From an uncultured Treponema sp. (GTDB lineage Bacteria; Spirochaetota; Spirochaetia; Treponematales; Treponemataceae): a stretch of DNA of 46,599 bases. Of this stretch, positions 6,657 to 17,539 are shown in pieces. Made by a program: the position numbers and the translations under genes. Numbering within the stretch: the first letter of the stretch is position 1; each line of letters begins with the position of its first letter. The DNA is taken from positions 1 to 46,599 of the forward strand of contig CALAUH010000082.1 of NCBI GenBank assembly GCA_937892225.1, read 5' to 3'. Under the pieces are notes generated by a model, which saw only the letters and a program-made list of their open reading frames with translations, did no database searches and was not told the DNA's origin.

Positions 6657-9026
6657 TTATTTACCTTTCGTAAACCAAAAATATTCTTCACTAGCTTCTC
6701 CACCACCATAACTTGTTGTATACTTTTCAAAACAATAAAAATAATGTACATTTTCTGGTTTAACTAAACAAGTAACTGTAGAATTATCTGGTGTAACTTT
6801 TTGTGTAATAATTGTTGTATATATTTTATATTTAGTATCATAATAAGGTACTGGAAAATAAACAGGACCATAAGTTGTATTACCAGTTTTTCTACCATCT
6901 TGTTCAATTAAACCGTTCCTATTTTTTGAGATATGACATTCGCCTGAACTACCGCAATCTAATTCATATATTATACTTCCTGTTATATCATAGAAACATG
7001 AATATTGATCAGGAACACCTGCTATACTTCTTTCATCCTGATAATATAAAAATTGATGAACTTCACCAGGTTTTATAAAATTTGCACCAGCATATTCACC
7101 ACCAACTTTTATTGGAGCTGACCATAAAGGAGATTGATAACCATAATATAAACTTAAAACTGGAGCTTTATCCCAAGTAATAGTATTACTAGTTGCTTTA
7201 TCACTACTTGAAGTCATTGAAGATGTTGGATCAAGTCCATCTGGTAAACCCCAGTTATTAGTTCCATGAGATTGATGTCTATATGAAGAACCCTCTGTAA
7301 ATAAAACACTAATAATACATCCAGAATGAAAATTACCATTCCAATTAGAAAATGAACAAGCTTTATTTTGCTCTTTTGCATCAGTTTCACAAGTCATAAA
7401 AACAATTGGTACAGTAGCATCATATAAATCTATAAGTCTTGCACACTCATTATTATGATACGGAGCATTTGTTTCAAGATTTCCATTTTCATTTCTAATA
7501 GGTACTGTATATGCTTTATTTCTAAAACTAAAATAAGTTTCTAAAAATTCAATGTTATCTGTACCAACAGTAAAAGTGTCTTTTTTAGTAATAAATACTT
7601 TACCGCCATTAGTTGTTCCTTCCTGAATACTTAAAAACTTTTTAGCAAAATATATATCTTCTTCCCACTGTTCATTTCCTCTGGTCCAGTTACCACTAGA
7701 GGCGATATAAATTCCATTTTGTGTTTTATCTGTTTGATTTTTTACTAAAACTATATTGTCTGCCTGAACACTTATACCGTCAATTGTTTGTAAGCCTGAT
7801 AATTCTATTTCCTGAGTTGTTGCAACTCTTATTTTTTTTGTATCATTAAATTTACTAAAAGCCGTATTAATTGCTACTGTTGGATCAATTTCTGCTTCAA
7901 GTTGTGATACTCTTGTAGTTAAATTATTAATTAAAGTATTAAGATTATCTGTAATTGATTTTGTTACTAAATCTAAACTATTTGATGCTGTATAACCGTT
8001 AGACATTCTAATTGTACCATTAGAAGTAATTGTAAAAATTGTATTATTTCCTATTTTACAATATGCTGTACCATCACCACTTGCACCAATTTTAATTGCA
8101 TTTGTTAATACATTAGATTCTACTATATCGCTAATAGCGATTTCTCCATTAAAATTAAATGCACCGTTTTTCAAATAATTATTAAACAAATCTGTAACTT
8201 TAGCAGCAATAGTATTTACCATATCTTTAATTGATGCTGTACTAGGATATGATGTACCATTAAGAGAAATTGCTGCACCAATTGAAATTCCTGAACCTGT
8301 AAGACTGTTTGCACCAGACAAAATAATATTATTAGCACCAATTGTATTTGCTCGGTGTTTTCCTGATCCATCATGTTGAGCCAAAAATCTGCCATTAATT
8401 CCTGAAATATATCCGATATTATATACAGATGTAGAATCTGCTGTCCATCCGGTATTTGTTTCTCCAATTGTTAAAGCCGATATGTTATAGATTGTACATT
8501 CACTTGCATCTGTACTTGTTGCACCTGCCGATACTACAATTTCTGCAATTTTTACCCAGCCTTCTTCTACAGATGGAGCAATTGGATTACCTTCTGTACC
8601 CTCAATTACTTTAACTTCAAAATTTAATTCTTTACGTGTATAAACATTTTGTAATGTTTTTTCTTTAGTATCAAAATCAATAAAAGCTCTCTGTTCCTGA
8701 GTTGTATCTAAAAAATTACCTCTTACTTCAATAATATCAATTCTAGTGTCATCACCACCATTAGATAAAGAAACGTTTTCAGTTTTATCGGTATTTAAAA
8801 ACATTGTGCCTGTATTTTTGTTTACGCCTAAAATTGCACCTATATCAACAGTCATACCGCTTGAGCCTGGTGTTACAACGCCATTAATAACAAAGTTATT
8901 ATTTGCGTCAAGCAACCCTTTCATTAAACTTGCAACATTATCAATTTGTGAATCAAATCCAAAAGTTATATCATTAGCTTTAACAACTTCATTAGGTTGT
9001 ACTTTAGATGATGTTAATTTTGCCAT
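6657..9026 (-). CDS. Tail fibre protein with an exchangeable C-terminal tip
   Basis: VATT..I.LSGLQTIDG...VLVKNQT...NGIY fibre motif; follows baseplate genes; C-terminal NGLIEQ..VYFPVPY..YFWFTKG domain. Confidence 0.88.
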   Translation of the reverse strand: MAKLTSSKVQPNEVVKANDITFGFDSQIDNVASLMKGLLDANNNFVINGVVTPGSSGMTVDIGAILGVNKNTGTMFLNTDKTENVSLSNGGDDTRIDIIEVRGNFLDTTQEQRAFIDFDTKEKTLQNVYTRKELNFEVKVIEGTEGNPIAPSVEEGWVKIAEIVVSAGATSTDASECTIYNISALTIGETNTGWTADSTSVYNIGYISGINGRFLAQHDGSGKHRANTIGANNIILSGANSLTGSGISIGAAISLNGTSYPSTASIKDMVNTIAAKVTDLFNNYLKNGAFNFNGEIAISDIVESNVLTNAIKIGASGDGTAYCKIGNNTIFTITSNGTIRMSNGYTASNSLDLVTKSITDNLNTLINNLTTRVSQLEAEIDPTVAINTAFSKFNDTKKIRVATTQEIELSGLQTIDGISVQADNIVLVKNQTDKTQNGIYIASSGNWTRGNEQWEEDIYFAKKFLSIQEGTTNGGKVFITKKDTFTVGTDNIEFLETYFSFRNKAYTVPIRNENGNLETNAPYHNNECARLIDLYDATVPIVFMTCETDAKEQNKACSFSNWNGNFHSGCIISVLFTEGSSYRHQSHGTNNWGLPDGLDPTSSMTSSSDKATSNTITWDKAPVLSLYYGYQSPLWSAPIKVGGEYAGANFIKPGEVHQFLYYQDERSIAGVPDQYSCFYDITGSIIYELDCGSSGECHISKNRNGLIEQDGRKTGNTTYGPVYFPVPYYDTKYKIYTTIITQKVTPDNSTVTCLVKPENVHYFYCFEKYTTSYGGGEASEEYFWFTKGK
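6900..6918 (-). repeat. Invertase crossover site inside the tail-fibre gene
   Basis: Minus-strand GAACGGTTTAATTGAACAA, inverted relative to the three cassette sites. Confidence 0.8.
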
Positions 9027-9040
9027 ATTAAGCCTCCCTT

Positions 9041-10333
9041 TTATTCATCTCTATTTACGATCTCTAAAAATGTTTGAACACCGCTAGATTTTACATATTC
9101 AAGTAAATCATCGTATAAATCCTGAGCAAATCCAGATGTAGCACCGGTTATATAAACATTTTCGTAATAACCAAAATTATCAAATTTTTCCGGTCCGTCA
9201 ATTACAATTTTTTCATCTTCTGTATGAGTTTCTGCATCTATATCAGCACCACCTGTAGCAAGTGCAAGAGCCGATTCGGATGTATTACCCTCAAATTGAC
9301 ATAACATTGAAAAAGAAGGATTATCCTGTTTCTTGAATAATCTTATATAATCAACATAACCGCCGCTATTTCCGATAAAAGTAAGTTGAATATTCTGAAC
9401 AGAATAATAAGTATCTTCTTCTTTATATCCATTCAACGTAAACAAATTTATATCGGTCCATTCATTTGTTTTACTAGTAAAAGTATTCGTTATACTTGCA
9501 TTTTGCCATTTCTTTTCTATATTATTCCAATATTTATTATTATCTGAATCTTTAATTATTACACCGCAACTCCCCTTCAAAAAGAAATGTAAGAAATATA
9601 CATTCCTTTTAGGAATTTTTATTTCTTCTTCTACAACTAAAGTATCAGGATTATCTGAATATTCTTTTATATAATCTGCTAAAGTTTCATTTCCGTAAAA
9701 CATTTTTGCAATAGAAGTATAAGTATCATCTGCCCTAACTTCGTAATCATCATATAAACTTGTATCAACTTCTATATCCTGTTTAGCAAAATCTGAACTT
9801 GATTCAAGTAATAATCCGTAACTTCGACTAAACCTTGCAACCGGATCAATAATTGAATTATTTGATAATTCCCATAATTCTGATTCATTTTGAAAATCAC
9901 CATCTACAACTAAAGACTTATTTCTACTTCCGTAATCTTCATCTAAAGTAAATATATCGGTATTTTCAATAAGGAAAATTTTTCCTGACTTAAAATATTG
10001 TCTGAATACATTTTTAACGTTATGAGGATTTCCCCATTTTTCATCATTATTTCTAACAAAAATTGCAGCAATTCTATTTTTTAATGCTTCATCATATTCA
10101 TCTGTAAAACGTTCTAGGAAAGTAAAGAAATCTGTTGTTTTATCAAGCATTTCTCCAATTTCATCATATATATCTTTAGTTTTAGAATATTCATTTGCGT
10201 ATTTTTCTAAGTCATCAATAACAGTTTCCAATGCTCCAGTACGTGTAGAATTTGCAACTAAAGCTGAAAAAATTTTAGAATCTTTCCTTATTGTAGATGG
10301 AAAATTATTAATTAATCTTTCTCCATTAGTCAT
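9041..10333 (-). CDS. Baseplate wedge-type protein with an inserted LysM-like domain
   Basis: Position after baseplate J; YEVRADDTYTSIAKMFYG LysM-like motif; ends VKSSGV. Confidence 0.6.
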   Translation of the reverse strand: MTNGERLINNFPSTIRKDSKIFSALVANSTRTGALETVIDDLEKYANEYSKTKDIYDEIGEMLDKTTDFFTFLERFTDEYDEALKNRIAAIFVRNNDEKWGNPHNVKNVFRQYFKSGKIFLIENTDIFTLDEDYGSRNKSLVVDGDFQNESELWELSNNSIIDPVARFSRSYGLLLESSSDFAKQDIEVDTSLYDDYEVRADDTYTSIAKMFYGNETLADYIKEYSDNPDTLVVEEEIKIPKRNVYFLHFFLKGSCGVIIKDSDNNKYWNNIEKKWQNASITNTFTSKTNEWTDINLFTLNGYKEEDTYYSVQNIQLTFIGNSGGYVDYIRLFKKQDNPSFSMLCQFEGNTSESALALATGGADIDAETHTEDEKIVIDGPEKFDNFGYYENVYITGATSGFAQDLYDDLLEYVKSSGVQTFLEIVNRDE

Positions 10334-10344
10334 TAGTTACACCT

Positions 10345-11430
10345 CTATAAATCTGTATAAGTAACATTAATTGTATTGCAACGTGCAATTGAATGTGTAT
10401 TAATAACAACATTGGCTGCACTTCCATTAAGTGTTAAATTAGATACATCTTTGACATAACTAATTCTTCTAAGTCTTAAAATTACATTTGTCAATAAAAC
10501 ACTTTCACCAATACCTAAATTATTAATTTCTTCCTGTAAAGCATTTTCAATGTCAAAATCTGCTGTTGTATGGTCCGTTCTTAAAATTGAACAGTTTACA
10601 GAAATATTAATAGGAATAATTGTTGCTGCCTGAACTTTATAATTTAATCCAGCACTTCTACATCCTGGTTCATCACTTGAATCATTACCATTGATTTTTA
10701 ACATTACTTCTTCTTTTAGTGCATCTGGTAAATTACCTGTACCATCATCAACATAAACAACAGCATTATAAATATGGTCTAAAGGTGGAAATTGCTCCTC
10801 TATCGACACACTTCTTACATCAGGTAATTCCAATAATACAGATTTAATTCCATAATAATTACTACCCTGTAAGCCGTTTATATACATCTTGAATCGTGCA
10901 AGAGTTTCATCTTCTGTTTCTGCATTTAATCCACCGGATGCCTGATTAGAATTTTTAACAGTAGCAACGTCATCCGATACCTGAGATATAATAATATTAA
11001 TTGTTTCTGCCTTAACGTTATATTCTGTTCCTACATTTTCAGCCTGAACTATAACCTCATTTGAATTTACTTGATTATTTGCAATTGTACCAACATTTGT
11101 TGTAATAAAAATATAAGAGCCACTACTAACCTTAGTTCCTACTGGAATTGTAGTAGTTTTATCAATTGCGTTAGTACGTGAAAAAATAACTCTTGCCGTT
11201 GCTTTTTGACCTTCTTTAGCCTTAAATCCAAAAAGAGAATAAGCAATTGCTTTAAGATTATTTGTATAACCATTTCTAACGTCAATATATTCTTTTTCTA
11301 ATACTCTTGCCGTTGATTCAAAAATAGTAGAAATAATAGAACCTTCATTAAGGTCGGTTATTTTATTCTGATTCGCAATAAATCTATTTTTTAATCTATT
11401 GTATATATCGCTAAAACTTTGAACATTCAT
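10345..11430 (-). CDS. Baseplate J-like protein
   Basis: IPVGT, VQAENVGTEYNV, GGLNAETEDETLAR motifs. Confidence 0.9.
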   Translation of the reverse strand: MNVQSFSDIYNRLKNRFIANQNKITDLNEGSIISTIFESTARVLEKEYIDVRNGYTNNLKAIAYSLFGFKAKEGQKATARVIFSRTNAIDKTTTIPVGTKVSSGSYIFITTNVGTIANNQVNSNEVIVQAENVGTEYNVKAETINIIISQVSDDVATVKNSNQASGGLNAETEDETLARFKMYINGLQGSNYYGIKSVLLELPDVRSVSIEEQFPPLDHIYNAVVYVDDGTGNLPDALKEEVMLKINGNDSSDEPGCRSAGLNYKVQAATIIPINISVNCSILRTDHTTADFDIENALQEEINNLGIGESVLLTNVILRLRRISYVKDVSNLTLNGSAANVVINTHSIARCNTINVTYTDL

Positions 11431-13067
11431 TAAATTGTACCTCCGTAAAACTGATCAATATTATTAATATCTCTGTATTGAACATTTATATTTAATTTAT
11501 CACCCTTACCATTAAAAGATATTTTTTCAATACTTTTAATTCTAGGTTCACTCAACATTGTTTCTTTAATTGATGCAATAATATAATTTTCTGCCGTTAA
11601 AGGATTGCCTAATAAATTTTTAATTCCGTAAGTAACAAGATGAATTCTTGAATCCAAGCCTGTTTGTAAACGAGAACTAATTGCCTGAGATAAATTATCT
11701 ACACCTGTAACGGTTGAAAAATCACCACTTGTACTAACATCTAAATCACCATCTTCATTAATCATTAAATCACTACCGTAATTATCAGTCTTATCAGGTG
11801 AAGTATATATTTTATTGTTTTCATCTACTGAATTTGTTTTATTGATAATTGGTATTCTAATTGTTTTACCAGGTTTTAAAATATCATCTTCACTGTTATA
11901 AACGGCAATTAATGAACCTAAAGAACTATCACCATAATAATTATAAGCCAATGAATCCCATGTATCAGAATCAGTTACCCTTTTTTGAGTATATCCGTAA
12001 CAAATAATTGCTTTATCATCTTCTTTATTTGAACCAGGAATAATTGCAACCGTAAGAATATTATTCAAATTTTTTACATCTGCAAAAGCTTCTGTAGATT
12101 TATCTTCCATTTCATTAGATACACTTATCCAAGTTTCTTTAATATCACTTGTTACAAGTTTATATCTTTCAACTAATTCTGAATAAATATTTTTTTCTGG
12201 AAAATCTGTAACATATTCAACTATTTTATGGACCTTTTTATTCATATCTGCTATATCATTATATAAAGTTAAACCGACACCTAAAGTAAGCCTTAAAGAT
12301 GATGAAACAACATTATCTAATAAACCAGTTGTTTCTGTAATATAAGAAGTTGTAGAAGTTACATAACCACTTATAATATTTTCATAAAGTAATAATGAAG
12401 TTTCAACTTTATCAATAGCGTTATTACATTCCTGAATTAAATCTAACCCTGTTCTATAAACTTCCAAACCATCACTTAAACAGTTAAGACCTTTTCTTAT
12501 ATCATTACAGCAATTATTAACTGAATTTCTAAAGCCGTCAAAAAATTTACCAGCCTTTTCTCTTTTATATTTTGAAAATTTATTAGTTGGTAAACCTGTC
12601 ATACTAAGTGTATATGAATAAGATAATGGACTATCTTTACTTCTATTAATCTGAAAATCATTAATGATAACACGCCAGTATTTATTTTCTTTACTTGATA
12701 AGCAATATAAATTAACTACTTTATTATCAAGATTATTTTTTTCACCAAATTTATTAATAATTTTCTGTAACTTAAATATTTCTTCTTCACCATTAAGGTA
12801 TTCTTTACCCTGAGTAAATTTATCTATAATTCTTATTTCTTCGTTAACAGTTGAGCCACGTAAAGTAATTTTTACAACATCATTTCCATAATCTTCAAAA
12901 ACAGATCCACCAAAAGTTTTAGTTTCGCCGATACGCTGAGCATAAATAAATTCTTCACTCTGTGGAGGTAAACTGAAAGTAAAATATTCTGTATTATCAG
13001 GATTATTACCCTGCATGAATTCTAAGAGATAACTATTTTTATAAAAGTTTTCATTAAAGTATTTCAA
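11430..13067 (-). CDS. Tail tube initiator / LysM / gp25-like baseplate fusion
   Basis: TWDSLAYNYYGD LysM-like motif; C-terminal VTGVDNLSQAI..RL...YG...EPRI gp25/W-like motif; TTG start after AGGAGG. Confidence 0.7.
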   Translation of the reverse strand: MKYFNENFYKNSYLLEFMQGNNPDNTEYFTFSLPPQSEEFIYAQRIGETKTFGGSVFEDYGNDVVKITLRGSTVNEEIRIIDKFTQGKEYLNGEEEIFKLQKIINKFGEKNNLDNKVVNLYCLSSKENKYWRVIINDFQINRSKDSPLSYSYTLSMTGLPTNKFSKYKREKAGKFFDGFRNSVNNCCNDIRKGLNCLSDGLEVYRTGLDLIQECNNAIDKVETSLLLYENIISGYVTSTTSYITETTGLLDNVVSSSLRLTLGVGLTLYNDIADMNKKVHKIVEYVTDFPEKNIYSELVERYKLVTSDIKETWISVSNEMEDKSTEAFADVKNLNNILTVAIIPGSNKEDDKAIICYGYTQKRVTDSDTWDSLAYNYYGDSSLGSLIAVYNSEDDILKPGKTIRIPIINKTNSVDENNKIYTSPDKTDNYGSDLMINEDGDLDVSTSGDFSTVTGVDNLSQAISSRLQTGLDSRIHLVTYGIKNLLGNPLTAENYIIASIKETMLSEPRIKSIEKISFNGKGDKLNINVQYRDINNIDQFYGGTI

Positions 13068-13080
13068 TTTTTACCTCCTT

Positions 13081-13884
13081 TTATGACGTTTTTACTCTAG
13101 TAGCTTCTGCATTTGATATATCAATAGAAGTAGGAAAATCTAGCCAAGTCTCCTGTGAAGTTCCATTTCCAGCAATAGGCGTAATAGTCATAGACGTTGT
13201 TAATTGAGTTAAAAATTCAGTTAATGCTGTATTTAAAGCAGCATAAGTTACAAGAGATTTTGAATCTCCATTGAGATTAATATTTTTTCCTGACTTAGAA
13301 TTAATTGTAATTCCATCACTATTAATTTTTATTTCATTATCAAAAGCCGTTATATTAATTCCTTGATTTAATGATTTTTGAGTATCATTTTCTTCTATTA
13401 ATTCTATTTTAATATTTTCATCATTAGATATTATTGTTTTATTGCCATTCTTATTAAAATTCTTAAACTTCCATCCACCGCAATCAATCTTTTCTTTTAT
13501 ATCATTAAATTCCTGAATCTGAGTTTTATTATTTTCATCTGCAAGTAATTCCTGTAATTCCGGTTCACCTAAAGGAATTCCTGAGCCTATTACAATTGCA
13601 CCTGAAATAGAATGTGTTGGTGTTAAAACAAATACAATTGAATTTACAGGTGGTAAATCTCTTTCACTTGATACATAATTTTTATCTTCGTTTTTACAAA
13701 CCCATTCTCTACTTAATACTTTAATTTCACCGTATTTCATACCGTTTAATGATTTTACACTTACAGTATTAAGAGAAGAATTTACTTCATAAACAATGCC
13801 CCAGAATCCTATAGCACCATCATAATAAGTGTTATTAGACAATTTATTCATTTCTGCTTTTGTACTAACTTTGCGTAATAACAT
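13081..13884 (-). CDS. Baseplate central spike-like protein
   Basis: N-terminal OB-fold-like region (LPPVNSIVFV), beta-rich C-terminus; position after the hub gene. Confidence 0.6.
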   Translation of the reverse strand: MLLRKVSTKAEMNKLSNNTYYDGAIGFWGIVYEVNSSLNTVSVKSLNGMKYGEIKVLSREWVCKNEDKNYVSSERDLPPVNSIVFVLTPTHSISGAIVIGSGIPLGEPELQELLADENNKTQIQEFNDIKEKIDCGGWKFKNFNKNGNKTIISNDENIKIELIEENDTQKSLNQGINITAFDNEIKINSDGITINSKSGKNINLNGDSKSLVTYAALNTALTEFLTQLTTSMTITPIAGNGTSQETWLDFPTSIDISNAEATRVKTS

Positions 13885-13885
13885 T

Positions 13886-15262
13886 CTACATCACTCCATT
13901 TATTCCGTTTTCAGTTTTCTCTAATTCATTAAGCGGTTTAGTAATGTTTTTAAGCATTGAGAATTTACCGTTTTTATATTCACCACCTCTTTCAACATGA
14001 TAGATTATTCTAGGTGATGAGCCATAATTCCATTGGTGATCTTCTCCAGTTATATAGAATTCACCACCAATAAAAGATAATTTATTTCCAATTGTTATTG
14101 CATCTTCATCTTTTAAATTAATAACAGTAATTGTACCTGAATACATTTCATCAAGATTTTCATACCAGTTTCTTAATTTCTTATTAAGTTCTTTAAATTT
14201 AATACCTAAATCTTTGTTTTGATTAGGTTGATAACCGCTAAATGTTGCCCTTAAAGGTTTATATCCATATAAAGCAAGTTTATTATTATTCTGCTCTAAA
14301 AAGTTTTTATCGTTTGCACGTACATAATATTCTGCTGAATATTCGCTGCCTTCGATTGATGAATAAAATGTAGTATATACCTGATCTATGCTTTTACTGA
14401 AAGTATATGATACCAATTCAATTGCTTTTATTTCTTTTGTTTTAAGGTTATTCCAATCTGTAAAATCAAAAGGTTTTAATCTTAAAGTAATATTCTGTTT
14501 ACCATTTTCAATGTTTTCAAATAATTCATATATATTTGAATCAAAATAACCTTGAATATACTGAGGATAAGTAACAACAGAATTATTAAAAAAGGTACTT
14601 ACTAACGGTAAAACAAATTCTAAATTATCAGGAACAACTTTTACTATATTATTAGTATTAAAACATAATGATATAAAATCTACTAATCCTGAATTACTTA
14701 CATTTGTTGCTTTCTTTTTTACAATTTCAATAAATTTGTTATAAACTTCTTGTAATGCTGTTTTTACACTATCTGTATAATTTTGAGCCGTCAATAAAAT
14801 ATCTTCCATTTCGGACTGAATACCTGTTTCAGATATTGCCATAGCTGTAACATCCATACAGATATTAAGAGAATCAAGCAAATAAATAGCACTTTTACCC
14901 TGAATAGAAATATATTTTGACAAACTTGAAGCATCTGCATTATAACTAACTGACGTAATTATTCCCATAAAATCTAACTTCTGTTCGTTTTTTTCGTATA
15001 TTTCAACTAAATCAAAAGTAGATACTTTGTTCATAAAATAATCATCTTCTTTTAATACTTTTACATCTTCTTTAACTGTAAGAGAAAAACTACCTGTTAG
15101 AGTATTGGTTGAACGCTGAAAAGAATAATTTTGTAAATTTTGACCAGAAGAATATAAATTATTTTTATCACTTGCTGAAAAAATATGATAGAGATCTTTT
15201 TTATTGTTTGTAAAATGATATAACTTAATAACCGGACTTGCCGATTGAATTTTGTATTCCAT
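13886..15262 (-). CDS. Baseplate hub-like protein
   Basis: Position after the tape measure; C-terminal IGNKL..FYITG..H.W..G....VERG; real start MEYKIQ at 15262 (the longer ORF runs through a leader hairpin). Confidence 0.65.
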   Translation of the reverse strand: MEYKIQSASPVIKLYHFTNNKKDLYHIFSASDKNNLYSSGQNLQNYSFQRSTNTLTGSFSLTVKEDVKVLKEDDYFMNKVSTFDLVEIYEKNEQKLDFMGIITSVSYNADASSLSKYISIQGKSAIYLLDSLNICMDVTAMAISETGIQSEMEDILLTAQNYTDSVKTALQEVYNKFIEIVKKKATNVSNSGLVDFISLCFNTNNIVKVVPDNLEFVLPLVSTFFNNSVVTYPQYIQGYFDSNIYELFENIENGKQNITLRLKPFDFTDWNNLKTKEIKAIELVSYTFSKSIDQVYTTFYSSIEGSEYSAEYYVRANDKNFLEQNNNKLALYGYKPLRATFSGYQPNQNKDLGIKFKELNKKLRNWYENLDEMYSGTITVINLKDEDAITIGNKLSFIGGEFYITGEDHQWNYGSSPRIIYHVERGGEYKNGKFSMLKNITKPLNELEKTENGINGVM

Positions 15263-15280
15263 ATTTTTTCCCTTTAAAAC

Positions 15281-15370
15281 AAAAAAAAGACAGCCACTAT
15301 TCCTAGAAATAATGACTGTCTTTAACACATCAATTATATATATTTTATTATACTATTTTTTTAATGTCAA
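15281..15370 (-). promoter_or_regulatory. Conserved late leader, copy 1 (promoter, bulged hairpin, terminator)
   Basis: TTGACA-17-TAAAAT, then GATGTGTTAAAGACAGTCATTATTTCTAGGAATAGTGGCTGTC-T8. Confidence 0.85.
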
Positions 15371-15373
15371 TTA

Positions 15374-17350
15374 TTAATTAGTAACAAGTTGAACTGTTAC
15401 TCCTTGCATGGCTTTAGTAATTATTTCTTCCAATTTTGTTTCATTAAAAACAAAACCACCTTCTTTATCTACATCAGTAACCACACTTGCAACAGCATCA
15501 TAATAACTCTGTAACTTTTGATTATTACCTGTTCTTTTAGCTTCTTTTTCTAACTGAACTGCTGTAATATAAGCCTGAGCCTGTATAGATGTAGATGAAC
15601 CGTTAGTAGCTTCAAAAGCTAATTCTTTTAAACTTATTCCTACTGGATTATCTTTAACATTTCCAAAAACGCCTGAATCATATAAATCATCATTAACATC
15701 TGATACTTTCCAAACAATTTCATTTTGTAATCGTCTTAAATTATCAACATTAAAAGCTTCTTTTCTAGTAAGTTCATTTTCTAAATCTTGTGCTTTCGTA
15801 CCTGCTGTTTCGTTTGCATTAATTATAGTTCCATCATTTAATTTTATGCTACCATTTTGTATACCTGAAATTTTACCTCTCATATTATAATATTGACGTG
15901 CTAAGGTTGTAGAAAATCCCATTTTTTCTAACGCAGCAACCCATGAATTTTCATCGTTACCATAATATTTTGTAAGTTGAGAATTTAAATTTTGTAAATA
16001 TTTTTCATCAAAATTACCTTGTTCAAGATATTGTCTAACATCCTGAATACCATTTTTATCTTTACCTAAAACTTCACTTGCTGCCCGATACATTATAACA
16101 TCTTCAACAGAATTTAATCCTTTTGCTCCACCCATAGCATTGGCAAAAGTTTCTATTCTTTTCTGTCCTTCAGAACCAGACCAAAATGCACTGAATTTCT
16201 CTCCTTCAGATGCTACTTTTAATGCTTCCTGACTTTTCAACATATTATTAGTATTTACTACAAAACCCTTTGAAATACCTTTTTCCATAGCATTAGTTAT
16301 ACCCTGTATTAATTCATCAAATTGTACATCTGTAAATCCACCTTTACCTTTATTAGCAAATAAACTATTTAAAGTGTTTAAACCATTATTACCGTATTTT
16401 TGATATAATCCTACAAGATTTTCTATAGAATCTTTATCTGCATTTGTCCAATTAGCAGCATAAGCGGATCTCTGTACAACTTGCTCTATATCTGTTTTGT
16501 TAAATCCATATCTTGCTAATTTGTTTACATCATCAATAAAATCTGCATCTGACAAACCAGTTGCTATATTACGGGCTTTAACCATTTGTAATGTTGCAGT
16601 TGCCGCCGCCTTTGATTGTTCATCATACGTTTTGTATTTTATTGTTCCATCAGAATTTTTTTCATAAATATTACTTTTTCCATAAGCAATATTAAATTTA
16701 TCAAATCTATCAAAGTTTTCAGAGTACATTCTATATGCTTCGTTTTCAGTTTCTTTTTTAGCCGATACACCTTTTACAACCTGAGAGCCTAAACTTAATA
16801 AACCGCCAACTAAAGCAAGAGGAATTCCTAACGGTGTACCCATAAGAGCCGTACCAGCTCCCATCATAGAACTACCAAAACCTGATAATACACCTGATGC
16901 CGTATTTAATCCGGTAACTCCAGCATCTAGCCAGTTACCTCTCATCATCTGCCTTTGATATGCCTGATAACCTTGATAAGCACCTAAACCGATTCCAGTT
17001 ATTCCTAAAGTTGTAGATATACCGCTTTTTACATTACCGCCAAATCTTTTAAATATATTATTTTCACCTGAAACGTCATCTGTAGAACCTGGTGTTGTAC
17101 TTTGATTTATTGCTTTATTATTTTTAAGTTGATCATTGAAAACCTTGAAATTTGACATAACCTGATTAAGAACATCATTCAAACCTTGCAAATTAAAAGC
17201 AAGATTATTCATGAGTTTATCGCCCTGAACACCACCTATGCCATCAAGACCACTATTTTTAAGATTATCAGTAACGTTCTTAATATCATTAATACCTTGC
17301 TGAGTATTAAAACGTAAATTACCGGTTACATCAAATTCCATTGTTTCCAT
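15374..17350 (-). CDS. Tail tape measure protein
   Basis: Helical, G/A-rich hydrophobic stretch; position after tube and chaperone genes. Confidence 0.7.
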   Translation of the reverse strand: METMEFDVTGNLRFNTQQGINDIKNVTDNLKNSGLDGIGGVQGDKLMNNLAFNLQGLNDVLNQVMSNFKVFNDQLKNNKAINQSTTPGSTDDVSGENNIFKRFGGNVKSGISTTLGITGIGLGAYQGYQAYQRQMMRGNWLDAGVTGLNTASGVLSGFGSSMMGAGTALMGTPLGIPLALVGGLLSLGSQVVKGVSAKKETENEAYRMYSENFDRFDKFNIAYGKSNIYEKNSDGTIKYKTYDEQSKAAATATLQMVKARNIATGLSDADFIDDVNKLARYGFNKTDIEQVVQRSAYAANWTNADKDSIENLVGLYQKYGNNGLNTLNSLFANKGKGGFTDVQFDELIQGITNAMEKGISKGFVVNTNNMLKSQEALKVASEGEKFSAFWSGSEGQKRIETFANAMGGAKGLNSVEDVIMYRAASEVLGKDKNGIQDVRQYLEQGNFDEKYLQNLNSQLTKYYGNDENSWVAALEKMGFSTTLARQYYNMRGKISGIQNGSIKLNDGTIINANETAGTKAQDLENELTRKEAFNVDNLRRLQNEIVWKVSDVNDDLYDSGVFGNVKDNPVGISLKELAFEATNGSSTSIQAQAYITAVQLEKEAKRTGNNQKLQSYYDAVASVVTDVDKEGGFVFNETKLEEIITKAMQGVTVQLVTN

Positions 17351-17362
17351 ATATTACCTCTT

Positions 17363-17539
17363 TTAAGTCAAGTCATGTTTATTCAAAATATCGCTATCTG
17401 AATATCCTAACTCCCTTAAAATATCATCATTATCGTTTTCTTTTAATTTTTTCTTTGATTCATAATAAGATTTTCTTAATGAATCAATTGAAAAATTCAT
17501 ATTAAATTCAAAAACTATATATTGATAGTCATTATCCAT
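17363..17539 (-). CDS. Small tail assembly chaperone-associated ORF
   Basis: MDNDYQYIVFEF... start overlaps the end of 17532-18047; position equivalent to lambda T. Confidence 0.5.
   Translation of the reverse strand: MDNDYQYIVFEFNMNFSIDSLRKSYYESKKKLKENDNDDILRELGYSDSDILNKHDLT

Noticed and set aside
15263..15328. N-terminal extensions of ORFs 13886-15328 and 20696-21550
   Set aside because: They run through the leader hairpins; better RBS-linked starts exist at 15262 and 21517
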